NCBI GenBank assembly: GCA_021162845.1
Contig: JAGGXX010000056.1
Span: forward strand, 16,729 to 80,728
Reading direction: 5' to 3'
Length of the DNA stretch: 64,000 bases
Source: Thermoprotei archaeon
GTDB taxonomy: Archaea; Thermoproteota; Thermoprotei; QMSL01; B3-G16
A program made the position numbers and the translations under genes. The notes beneath the pieces are model-generated. The model saw nothing but the letters and a program-made list of their open reading frames with translations. It was not told where the DNA came from and made no database searches. Positions 30,257 through 39,176 of the stretch are shown here, in pieces (positions within the stretch are counted from its first letter, which is position 1; each line of letters starts with the position of its first letter).

Positions 30257-30442
30257 TCATCTTCTCTTGCCTGCCCTCATAATCGCTACGATAGCAAGTA
30301 TCGCCGCGATTATACTGATCGCGAGTGCGGCATACATCGTGGTCTCCATGGCTGATACTCTGGCATTTAGGTCAGCTAGGGATGAGTTTAAGCTCTCTAT
30401 TGAGCTGCTCAAGGTCTCTACGCTCTTTGATATCGAGGACAA
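30257..30442 (-). CDS. small tail-anchored coiled-coil membrane protein
   Basis: The 61-aa ORF has a Ser/Leu-rich helical N-terminus (SVETLSSSIESLNSSLADLNARVSAME). A single C-terminal TM follows (YAALAISIIAAILAIVAIM), then KRR. Confidence 0.35.
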   Translation of the reverse strand: MSSISKSVETLSSSIESLNSSLADLNARVSAMETTMYAALAISIIAAILAIVAIMRAGKRR

Positions 30443-30705
30443 AGTCTCGCGCTCTCGCTTAAGCTAGGTTCTTGCTTAATATAACTAGCTAATCCTTCCG
30501 AGACGAGCCGCTCAGCATCTTCCTTGGGAAGCTTTACATAATCTCCGCTCTTGTAAGGCCCATAAGTGGCTCCATCAGCGTCAATGAATTCAGGCACATT
30601 GCCCGTTATCCAGACCCTAATGTACTCAATAGTTGTTTCATTGCTGAGTGCCCTACCAGTGTGCCTGATATAGACGAGGATCAGTAATGCGTTCGGCATT
30701 AACAC
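30418..30705 (-). CDS. small protein resembling the C-terminal (B) domain of archaeal GINS51-type subunits (tentative)
   Basis: In this 95-aa ORF, YIRVWITGNVPEFIDADGATYGPYKSGDYVKLPKEDAERLVSEGLA matches my recollection of the V..l.dvPeF.G.DG..YGPf..GD...lP...A..L...G.A pattern. No A-domain is present. Confidence 0.3.
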   Translation of the reverse strand: MLMPNALLILVYIRHTGRALSNETTIEYIRVWITGNVPEFIDADGATYGPYKSGDYVKLPKEDAERLVSEGLASYIKQEPSLSESARLCPRYQRA

Positions 30706-30733
30706 TCAGGCAAAAAGAGTTTCATAATGTGCT

Positions 30734-32257
30734 TTATAAAAGATCTAGTACAGCTAGATATATGTCAGAAGGCGCGTCACTTGTACCTGACCCCTCATGG
30801 GAAGAGTAGTAACTGACTATAAGCGTTTTATCTCTTAAGAGCATGCCCGGGTAAGAGCAGTCCCCTCCGCTTGGGAGCTCGAATACGAGCTTGAGCTCTC
30901 CCTTGCGTAATACGAAAAGCCCTGTTCGCGCGCTTCCATTCTCAAGGTAGAATCTTCCCGCGATCATTATCTCTCCGCCTATTCTCATTACTGCAGGTCC
31001 CTGGATGATATGCGTGAGTTCCTTGGCTTGCCATTTCGTGAAGGGAGCCTTGGATTCCAGCATTAGGAGCCTCCTAGTACCGGCTTCCCTTCGCGTGAAG
31101 GCATATGCCTTTTCATTTTCGAATAGGATGTCGGTTTCATTGGCTTTATCACCTCTAGTTATCGTCGACACGTAACGCCAGTTGATCCCATCATTTGACT
31201 CCAGGAGGTGAACCTCCCAGTCTTCTTTGTTGACTTTGTAGGCAGCCACATAGGCTTTATCACGATGAAGGTGAGGCCTCCAGAACACGTAATTTCCGCA
31301 TTTAAAAGGGCCTTGCCATTCCTCTCCGTTAGTGGTGTAAAAGCAGAACGTCGTGTGTGTTCGTAGCTCTGGGCTCCATGACGGAGTGTATAGGAAAAGC
31401 TTATTACCCCATGGCATGAGCTTTGGATCCCTGTTGTCCCATCCCCTTACTTTAAGCCTAACCGCCATGTCCCATTTATAGAGGTCTGGCGACCTGAGCA
31501 CTGTTATGCTACCATCGGCTTTTTCCCTAATGAAATGCCTACTTCCTGTCCTGAAGCAGAGCCAGTACTGACCCTTCCATAGGGCTATGTCGGTGAAGGC
31601 ATTATGCATGCCGTTTGAGTATACCTTGATAAATTCCTTAAAGCCCATAAGAGGATAGCCTTTTATGCTTACGAGCTTCAGTAGCTTGGATGCTATATAA
31701 GGTGCTATGGCCGCCTGTGCTACGTCGTCGAGGTGAACGCCATCGTAGATGTGTTCGCATAGTCTGGGCCTCCGCGTTAGGAACCTATGAATGTCGATTA
31801 GCAGTACTTCATGTCCCCCGAATGAGCTTCTGATCGAAGCGACGTGTTCTTCAATACGCCGTGCCATGATGGAATATTTATCTTTGGGTAGTAAGCCCAT
31901 CTGTACCGCCCTGCTCGTTATAGGTGGGGGTGTCATAATCGCCGGTAAAGTTCCTCCTCCCTTAGCGATGCTGATGAATTTTCTCACCTTTTCAAGCAAT
32001 TCACTCATGTGCATCAGCATATCGCCTGATCCTAATATGAGGAGAGTTACGTTGGGCTTATGTCGGGATATAAGTTCCCTCAGCGTTTCCATAGCTGGCA
32101 TCGTACCCATCCCTTCACATACGCTTATAACGTGACTTCCTGCACCCGTCCATGACTTCAAGATCCTATCTAGTATCGAGAACCACGTCTCGTGAGGTTG
32201 TAAGTAAGCTTGAGAATAGGGGGACATATCGCCGGTTAGGAGTAGCTTCAAGGCCAT
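30734..32257 (-). CDS. fusion of an SGNH/GDSL-like esterase domain and a sialidase-like beta-propeller domain
   Basis: The N-terminal ~200 aa have LLLTGDMS (variant of the GDS block), LILGSGD and DGVHLDD (DxxH block). The C-terminal ~300 aa have repeated W/F-rich propeller-like blades (ALWKGQYWLCFRTGSRH, LRSPDLYKWD, YTTNGEEWQ, ESNDGINWR). Confidence 0.5.
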   Translation of the reverse strand: MALKLLLTGDMSPYSQAYLQPHETWFSILDRILKSWTGAGSHVISVCEGMGTMPAMETLRELISRHKPNVTLLILGSGDMLMHMSELLEKVRKFISIAKGGGTLPAIMTPPPITSRAVQMGLLPKDKYSIMARRIEEHVASIRSSFGGHEVLLIDIHRFLTRRPRLCEHIYDGVHLDDVAQAAIAPYIASKLLKLVSIKGYPLMGFKEFIKVYSNGMHNAFTDIALWKGQYWLCFRTGSRHFIREKADGSITVLRSPDLYKWDMAVRLKVRGWDNRDPKLMPWGNKLFLYTPSWSPELRTHTTFCFYTTNGEEWQGPFKCGNYVFWRPHLHRDKAYVAAYKVNKEDWEVHLLESNDGINWRYVSTITRGDKANETDILFENEKAYAFTRREAGTRRLLMLESKAPFTKWQAKELTHIIQGPAVMRIGGEIMIAGRFYLENGSARTGLFVLRKGELKLVFELPSGGDCSYPGMLLRDKTLIVSYYSSHEGSGTSDAPSDIYLAVLDLL

Positions 32258-32402
32258 GACACTATCTATATCCGTAAGCTTGTTTAATCGTTTTTCTCGG
32301 TAATAGCCTCGACGAATGTGTGTTTACGCTTATCCCATAGTCTTAGAGGGAGGTGGAGCTTCTGTTTAAACGTTAAAGATCTAAATCGCTGATTTACAAG
32401 GG

Positions 32403-33212
32403 GTGGTTTCCTTGAGGAGGAGCTTTAAGGAGAGGATGGGGTCTGGCGAGATATTGCTAGGTGCTGCGATAACCACGCCTGAGCCCGATATAGCGGAGTT
32501 CATGGGGGTGTTGGGTTTCGATTGGTTCTGGATAGACATGGAGCATTGTCCTCTCGACTTCAAGGATGTAGAGACGATCCTTCAGGCCCTCGGAAGGTCT
32601 ACGGCTGCACCCATAGTTAGGGTTCCATGGAATGACCCCGTGTACGTTAAGAGGGCCTTGGATCTGGGCCCAGCTGGAGTTATAATCCCTTGGGTGAACA
32701 ATAAGGAGGAGGCCGAGGCGGCTGTAAGAGCCTGTCTTTATCCTCCTGAGGGGATGAGGGGCTGTGGTCCTAGAAGGGCAGCCTGGAGGAAGGGCTTTGC
32801 CGAGTACGTGAGGGAGGCTAATAAGAACGTGGTGATAATAGTCCAGATAGAGACTAGGGAAGCTGTGAGGAACCTAAAGGAGATACTCTCTGTCCCGGGC
32901 ATAGATGGGACGATGGTCGGACCCGCGGATCTGTCCGCCTCCCTAGGCTATTTAGGGCATCCAGATCATCCTGAGGTTACTAAGACGATAGAGTACATAG
33001 CCCGTGCTCATAAAGGGACGCCTGTGGTTCCGGGTATAGCCTCAAATCCTAAGGACTCTGAGGATCATATAAGAATGGGGTTCAGGTTAGTGAACGTGGG
33101 GAGTGATTTGGGCTTTATGGAAATGGCTGCTAAGGAAACATTAAGGAGGTTACGGAGACTCTTGAAGAAAGGACCGAGGCGATCATGCATTAATGGAAAG
33201 GAAAAATCGTAG
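32403..33212 (+). CDS. HpcH/HpaI-family class II aldolase (2-keto-3-deoxy-sugar-acid aldolase type)
   Basis: It has GFDWFWIDMEHCPLD and VRVPWNDPVYVKRALDLGPAGVIIPWVNNKEEAEAAVRACLYPPEGMRG, plus the GPADLS block. Confidence 0.85.
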   Translation: MVSLRRSFKERMGSGEILLGAAITTPEPDIAEFMGVLGFDWFWIDMEHCPLDFKDVETILQALGRSTAAPIVRVPWNDPVYVKRALDLGPAGVIIPWVNNKEEAEAAVRACLYPPEGMRGCGPRRAAWRKGFAEYVREANKNVVIIVQIETREAVRNLKEILSVPGIDGTMVGPADLSASLGYLGHPDHPEVTKTIEYIARAHKGTPVVPGIASNPKDSEDHIRMGFRLVNVGSDLGFMEMAAKETLRRLRRLLKKGPRRSCINGKEKS

Positions 33213-33331
33213 GCCTCGTGATTTCATCCCCTATGCGATGTGTATGTCATCAGTCTTCATGAAAGTATATCCTCCGCTTCCTCAACCGATAACGCTTATG
33301 ACCTTTCCTCCACCTTAATTATCTGTTCCAG

Positions 33332-34345
33332 GTGATGCCCTTGAGGGTTCTTCTAATTGTTATCGACCAGCTACCAGGTCATTGGGTCAATGGGGTGGAG
33401 GTGGCTGAGGGCATCCCCCCAGTTAACGTCTGGGATTATGCCCGTTTGGGCTTTACCCCTAACTTCCATCGCCTGATAAGGGAAGGGATCTTCTGTTTCG
33501 CGTGGAACAAGGGTGAATGTGATACGCCGCATGGGATGAAATACCTGGCCACGGGACGCTATGATGCAGCCCCATATTGGACTACGGCGAATGGATGGCC
33601 TTATTATCCTAGGACTCGGGATAATCCAGGTCCTATCGGGCTCTTCGAGTTCGCCCAACATTATGCACCCGGGAGAATCCGGCCAGCCTGCTTCACCACG
33701 GATCACTGGATCGCTCCGGGCTACTTCTATACCGCTGGGTATTCAGTAGCTCTCTCCGCCTACTATCCTGATGAGCTCGTATGGCGTGAGTTCGCTCGTC
33801 CTTACCTGAGGAAACGAAGGGAATGGAACCTGGTCTACATATACTTTCCGGTAATGGACTCCGTTTCCTTCTGTCCATCCTATCAGAAGCATGCTCCTCA
33901 TCCGCGCTCTTCTAAGCATGCGTACATGCTCTTCTTGGACTCGCTCATAGGCGAGGTAGTGGAATTCCTCGAGTATAACAAGTTATGGGATGAGACGTAT
34001 CTGATACTGGCCTCAGATCATGGGTATCATGCGGGTTGCTCCACGGCTCGCAAGGTCGGGGCTACGAGCTCTAACTGGTGTTGTGATCACCCGCCGCCTC
34101 ACGATTGTGAGGTCTGGGACTTTGATGAAGATAAGAGTACTGGGAGGTATTCGGGATGTACCCGAAGGGTGCTCTTCTTGGTCTCCGGTGGAGCCCTCGA
34201 CCCTAATCTGAGGGGGAAGGTTTTACGAGATGTAGAGATAATAGATGTTGCCCCCACCATAGCCGATATCCTAGACATACCCTATGAGTGCGAGGGCAAA
34301 TCTATCCTCAAGAGAAAGAGCGAGATGACCAGCGTTTCGCCTTAG
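33332..34345 (+). CDS. alkaline-phosphatase-superfamily enzyme (phosphodiesterase/NPP-like)
   Basis: It has LLIVIDQLPGH (metal Asp), CDTPHGMKYLATGRY (Thr in the nucleophile region) and LASDHGYH. Confidence 0.6.
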   Translation: MMPLRVLLIVIDQLPGHWVNGVEVAEGIPPVNVWDYARLGFTPNFHRLIREGIFCFAWNKGECDTPHGMKYLATGRYDAAPYWTTANGWPYYPRTRDNPGPIGLFEFAQHYAPGRIRPACFTTDHWIAPGYFYTAGYSVALSAYYPDELVWREFARPYLRKRREWNLVYIYFPVMDSVSFCPSYQKHAPHPRSSKHAYMLFLDSLIGEVVEFLEYNKLWDETYLILASDHGYHAGCSTARKVGATSSNWCCDHPPPHDCEVWDFDEDKSTGRYSGCTRRVLFLVSGGALDPNLRGKVLRDVEIIDVAPTIADILDIPYECEGKSILKRKSEMTSVSP

Positions 34346-34479
34346 TTCATGATCAGGTTTAAGTTAAAAGGGGAAGTAACGCCCAATCCTCTAACAAGTG
34401 GCCCGAAGGGCACTTCTGGGAAAAAGTGTATCACCTTAGTTCCTGATTTCAGAGAGTAAAAACGAGAAGTAGTTCATCC

Positions 34480-35553
34480 CTAATCGAGCCATATGTTCTC
34501 CATGAATCCCTCCGCCAAGGCCTTTATATTCTCGAGTGGAGTAGGCGGGTGAACCTCGGCGTATAGCATTAGCCCTCCTTTCCTTGAGCCGAGTACCTCT
34601 ATGACTCTCCGAATGTACTTCTTGATTTCCTCTGGAGTTCCGAAAGGTATCAGCCTTTGCCTATCGATATCTAAATCCACGCAGACCCTCCCCTTAAGGC
34701 TCCTGGCTATGTTCCCGAGTCCATTGATCCTATCCTGTATGTTGAGTATGTTGGCACCTGCCTCTACTAGCTGGTCTAGGACCTCTACTACATGTCCGTC
34801 CGTATGAAGTCTGACACGCGCACCACCTGTCTTAGCCCTAGAGAATATCTTCTTATAGGCCGGGAAGATGAACTCCTTGAACTTCTCCAGGCTTATAGGC
34901 ATCCTATCCTGTAAACCCAGGTCATCGCCGAAGGAGAACACGTCTATTCTCCTAAACCTTAAGAGCCTCTCGACCAGCTCGAGATTGTACTCGGTGAGTG
35001 CCTCAATAAGCTCATATATCTGCGGGGGTCTTTTAACGAAGTCCAGCAAAAGGTTTCTGAAGCCCCTGAGGTAGTATAGGCGTTGGAAGAAGAAGCCATG
35101 AGGCATGGGTGCTACGACTAATGCACCAGTCTCTCTTGCTCTCTCCATCTTCTCGTAGATCTCCTCCCAGGGTATCAGCCTCCCGCCTCCCTCTACAGGG
35201 AGGCCTGCATCTGGATCCGGAAGGCTATAATCCCTCCACTTATCCCAGTCCTCTAGAGGGTGTCTGATAACCTGGCCCTGATAACCCTTGATCCTAAAGT
35301 ACCATAAGCAATCGAAGGGGTCACGCACGTATTCATCTACGTAAATGACTCTGGGTTCATCCACGTACTTTATGGAGCCCCGCTTAAACCCAGGGAAGAA
35401 TAGGTCGTATCTCTCAGCTATCTCTTCCAGCTTCTCCCTATATGTGTTCCAAGTGGGCCAAAATACGCTAATAACAGCTGGGACGTACTCAGGGTACGCA
35501 AAGTCGACCGCCCTTAGGTAGTTCTCCCTACGAGATAACCGTGGCTCTCTCAC
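34480..35553 (-). CDS. URO-D/MtaA-like superfamily protein (paralogue 1 of 3)
   Basis: The 357-aa ORF has FGDDLGLQDRMPISLEKFKEFIFPAYKKIF...RLHTDGHVVEVLDQLVEAGANILN and FGTPEEIKKYIRRVIE. It lacks the HemE N-terminal PVWxMRQAGR signature. Confidence 0.7.
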   Translation of the reverse strand: MREPRLSRRENYLRAVDFAYPEYVPAVISVFWPTWNTYREKLEEIAERYDLFFPGFKRGSIKYVDEPRVIYVDEYVRDPFDCLWYFRIKGYQGQVIRHPLEDWDKWRDYSLPDPDAGLPVEGGGRLIPWEEIYEKMERARETGALVVAPMPHGFFFQRLYYLRGFRNLLLDFVKRPPQIYELIEALTEYNLELVERLLRFRRIDVFSFGDDLGLQDRMPISLEKFKEFIFPAYKKIFSRAKTGGARVRLHTDGHVVEVLDQLVEAGANILNIQDRINGLGNIARSLKGRVCVDLDIDRQRLIPFGTPEEIKKYIRRVIEVLGSRKGGLMLYAEVHPPTPLENIKALAEGFMENIWLD

Positions 35554-35732
35554 ATAGTCTCATAAGGCATTAAGGATATAAAGCCCTTGATCGAAAATCA
35601 TAGGCGACACGTCCATGAAAAGTAATGATGGATCTCGATATGAAGAGGAGATCCTGATTCCGAATTAAGAAACGCTTTTAAGTATTTCAAGTAAAATAGG
35701 CTAGAAATGAAGGAGCATTTGAGGCGGTTCTC

Positions 35733-37178
35733 GTGAACGTTATCGTCATAATGTTGGACAGCTTAAGGCCTGACCACTTGGGCTGTTATGGCAATCCTTG
35801 GATTGAGACGCCGAACATAGATAGTTTCGCTAAGGAATGTGCCGTGTTCGAGAGGGCCTATGCTGAGGGGATGCCAACTCTCCCTGTGAGGACGGCGTTA
35901 TTTACGGGAAGATACACGTTACCGTATAAGGGATGGGGACCATTAGAGCTTGGCGATGTGACGTTGGCGGAAGTCCTCTGGGATAAGGGCTACAGAACAA
36001 TGTTCGTATCGGACACATATCACATGCACAAACCGGGGATGGGTTATAGCAGGGGCTTTGATATAGCGATCTGGATCCGTGGGCAAGAGGCAGATCCATA
36101 CATAACGGATCCTGCCGTAAAAGTCGATCTGAACAGGTGGCATGAGAAGAACTACTCCGTATCTCCGGAATCGAGTCCATACCATGGAATCAAAGCGTTC
36201 GTCCAATACCTCAAGAACACTCATTGGTGGAGGAATGAAGAAGATCACTTCGTCGCTCGCGTCATGAAGGCCGCTGCTAAGTTACTTGAGGACTCCGTCA
36301 ATAGCGGTATCCATGATAAGATCTTCCTGTGGATAGACTCATTTGATCCTCATGAGCCATGGGATCCGCCACGGGAATATTATGAGAAGTACGCGCCACC
36401 GGGATACGATGGTAAGCCTATAATCTTCCCCAGTATGCGCTTCGCTGAGGAATATACTCTCCTCGAGCTTCGCCATATCAGGGCTCAGTATGCTGGTGAG
36501 ATAACTCTTGTGGATAAGTGGGTTGGTTGGTTCTTTGATAGGGTTAGGGAGTTGGGATTATGGGAGAACACACTCATAATACTCCTAAGCGACCACGGAG
36601 AACCACTAGGAGAACACGGGATAGTGAGAAAGGTGTATCCTTGGCCTTATGAGGAGCTCTCAAAAATCGTCCTAATGATAAGACACCCAGAAGGAATCGG
36701 AAAGGGCAAGAGGATAAAGGCGTTCGTAGAGACAGTGGATGTAATGCCTACCATATTAGACCTCTTGGACGTAAAACTCGGTGAAAAGATCAGCCCATGG
36801 AGCGTCGAACCCAAGGTTCAGGGAGTGAGCTTAGCCCCGCTCATCGCAGGCGAGCTTGACTCCGTGAAGCCCTTTGCCATAAGCGGTCATTACAGGCGAT
36901 CATTGAGCATAAGGGATGAGGAGTTCACACTATACTTATGGCCTACCCCAGGCGCTGAATACCAATGGGGGTTAGGGCCGATAGGGCGGGATTCTGACAA
37001 GCGTAAGCCGGAGCTTTATAAGAGCGCATGGAATTACATACCACCGCCGCCTAAAGACTATAACTGGAAGAGGGATGTTCCAGAGAAGGAGGATCTATAC
37101 GAGGAGGAAAAGGATATAGCTAAAGAGCTTGAGTTGAAGCTAAAGAGCAAGCTGCTCTCATTACTGGGATATTCCTAA
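35733..37178 (+). CDS. sulfatase-family (alkaline phosphatase superfamily) hydrolase with Thr at the formylglycine position
   Basis: It has NVIVIMLDSLRPDHLGCYG...TPNIDSFA...MPTLPVRTALFTGRY (T-L-P-V-R where sulfatases have C/S-x-P-x-R) and LLSDHGEPLGEHG. Confidence 0.85.
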   Translation: MNVIVIMLDSLRPDHLGCYGNPWIETPNIDSFAKECAVFERAYAEGMPTLPVRTALFTGRYTLPYKGWGPLELGDVTLAEVLWDKGYRTMFVSDTYHMHKPGMGYSRGFDIAIWIRGQEADPYITDPAVKVDLNRWHEKNYSVSPESSPYHGIKAFVQYLKNTHWWRNEEDHFVARVMKAAAKLLEDSVNSGIHDKIFLWIDSFDPHEPWDPPREYYEKYAPPGYDGKPIIFPSMRFAEEYTLLELRHIRAQYAGEITLVDKWVGWFFDRVRELGLWENTLIILLSDHGEPLGEHGIVRKVYPWPYEELSKIVLMIRHPEGIGKGKRIKAFVETVDVMPTILDLLDVKLGEKISPWSVEPKVQGVSLAPLIAGELDSVKPFAISGHYRRSLSIRDEEFTLYLWPTPGAEYQWGLGPIGRDSDKRKPELYKSAWNYIPPPPKDYNWKRDVPEKEDLYEEEKDIAKELELKLKSKLLSLLGYS

Positions 37179-37354
37179 GATTTCACCTCAGGGTGAAGAA
37201 CCTCGGTTCTGCATCTAAATATCCATTGTTTTTCGGGCGTTACTATTTTGCCTTAAATTATATAGGAGAAGAAACACGGACGATCACGATTACTTCCTTC
37301 GTTTTTCAAATCTCTTTACAGCTAACGTATTAGAGTCATTAATGCACTGTGATT

Positions 37355-39148
37355 TTACCTGACGCCGCCTCCTCCGCCGCCAAACCCACCGCCTGCCCCG
37401 AATCCTCCTTTTCCGCCTTTACCTCCCGTGCTTGCCATGGCGCTTTTAACCACGCTACTAATTATCATGGGCCGAGAAGCTATCATGGCCATCTCTGGAG
37501 GAATCGGCACGTCGAGCTCCTTCATCGCATTTACGACGGCTTTCCCAACGCCTAAAGTCGTGCCATAGATCAGCCACTCCTGCCAGATGGCCAGATCTTC
37601 TGGCTTATATTCCTGGATCTTGGCGAAGTTTTCGAGCAATCTTCTAAATGCGTTCCATTCAAGGGCCTCCTTATATACGTCGTCCTTCCACTTACCGAAT
37701 ATCTGCTCCGGGGGGATAGCGCATGCGATCATATGACCCATTAGGCCAGCCATAGAGGCCGTTATTAGGCCACAATACGGCTTAAAGGCATGAAGATCCA
37801 TTGTAAGGGCTAGGATTATAGTGAGCATGAAGAAGAGTACTGCAAGTCCTATTGCCTTGAACCTCATACCTCCCTTTATGTATTTCCTTGCGTACCTTCT
37901 CATCCAGATTGGCGTAGAGACTAGGTCCCTAAGCGACTTAGCGAGAGCACGTGCGTCGCTTTTACTACTCTTAATTCTATCCTTGAGCTCAGCGAAGCTC
38001 AACACTCCATCCCTTCCCCATAGCTTTATTAGAGCTATTACGCGCCTCTCATAGCGATCTAAGTCCTTTACCTCCCTCAGCCTAAGGATTATATCGTCAT
38101 CCTTGACCTCTATATCGATTACGCCTCTCTTCTTGAGGTCCAGGAGCGTGGCATAGAGGGCATCGTCGTCTATGGTCGTGGCATCGCTTTTAAATAAGAG
38201 GTTGACCTCCCAAGGCTTTCTATTGGTGTTAGGGACGAAGCTGAGGTATTCCGGAACAGTATACTCCTTCTCCCTGCCCCATATCAGGTATAGGATTATT
38301 ATTAGGATTGGGAAGAAAAGGGCGAATGTGAAGAGCACTAGGGTGGCGCCCTTTAAGATGTTATACGACGTGAGATAGCTGGAATTTGCTTTTTCAACCT
38401 CCTCTAGGATGTCGCCTTCAAATTCCTCTACCTCAAACTTATAATTGCGATCTGCCTTAAGGATTAATTCCACTTCTAATAGCTGGTTTTCCAGGCTGAA
38501 CCCCGTTATGTGAACGTAGTCATCCTTAACCTCGACGTTATAGGTCGGTGTATGGACGTAAACCTTAACGAGCCCTTCCCTTGGTATGAGTACCTTAATA
38601 TCTACGCTACTATAAGGCTTATGCTCATCTGCTAGCTTCAGGTTCACGTGATAATACCTTCCATCATGTCGTGCAGGAGGAACCATGATGTACGTGATGG
38701 TCATATCATAGCTCCCAGAGGGGATCTTATCTGGGAAATAACATCCCACCTCATTATCTAAGGCCTTATCGGCTATCTCCGACGCCGTTCCCATTGACAT
38801 GTCGCTTAGAGTACCGAGGATGTACACCCTTCCCCTGTAATCCTTTATGTAACGAATCGATCCCGGTGGTGCTTTAACGGAGATGACCCTTATATGAGGT
38901 CCTTTTAACGCCTCCAGCGACAGCGGTGCCTCCCAGTACCTATAGAGCATCGTGTACTCCCTATTAGGTTTGATGCGATAATGGTAGTTCTCAATTAGCT
39001 TGCCTGTGATCGGATCATAGATGGCCTCATACTCTATCAATACATTACCGCTCGGGGTGAGGATTAGATAGCTCGATGCTGCGTAGAGGATAAGGGAGAC
39101 CAAGACCGAGATGACTACTGCAACTCCGACCCACTTTATCTCTCCCAT
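37355..39148 (-). CDS. DUF2207-family membrane protein
   Basis: The 597-aa ORF has an N-terminal TM, a large extracytoplasmic domain, central/C-terminal TM helices and the characteristic Gly-rich tail GGKGGKGGFGAGGGFGGGGGG. It lies directly downstream of lemA. Confidence 0.8.
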   Translation of the reverse strand: MGEIKWVGVAVVISVLVSLILYAASSYLILTPSGNVLIEYEAIYDPITGKLIENYHYRIKPNREYTMLYRYWEAPLSLEALKGPHIRVISVKAPPGSIRYIKDYRGRVYILGTLSDMSMGTASEIADKALDNEVGCYFPDKIPSGSYDMTITYIMVPPARHDGRYYHVNLKLADEHKPYSSVDIKVLIPREGLVKVYVHTPTYNVEVKDDYVHITGFSLENQLLEVELILKADRNYKFEVEEFEGDILEEVEKANSSYLTSYNILKGATLVLFTFALFFPILIIILYLIWGREKEYTVPEYLSFVPNTNRKPWEVNLLFKSDATTIDDDALYATLLDLKKRGVIDIEVKDDDIILRLREVKDLDRYERRVIALIKLWGRDGVLSFAELKDRIKSSKSDARALAKSLRDLVSTPIWMRRYARKYIKGGMRFKAIGLAVLFFMLTIILALTMDLHAFKPYCGLITASMAGLMGHMIACAIPPEQIFGKWKDDVYKEALEWNAFRRLLENFAKIQEYKPEDLAIWQEWLIYGTTLGVGKAVVNAMKELDVPIPPEMAMIASRPMIISSVVKSAMASTGGKGGKGGFGAGGGFGGGGGGVR

Positions 39149-39176
39149 GTTCGTCCTCCCTTGGGGATAAGTGATC

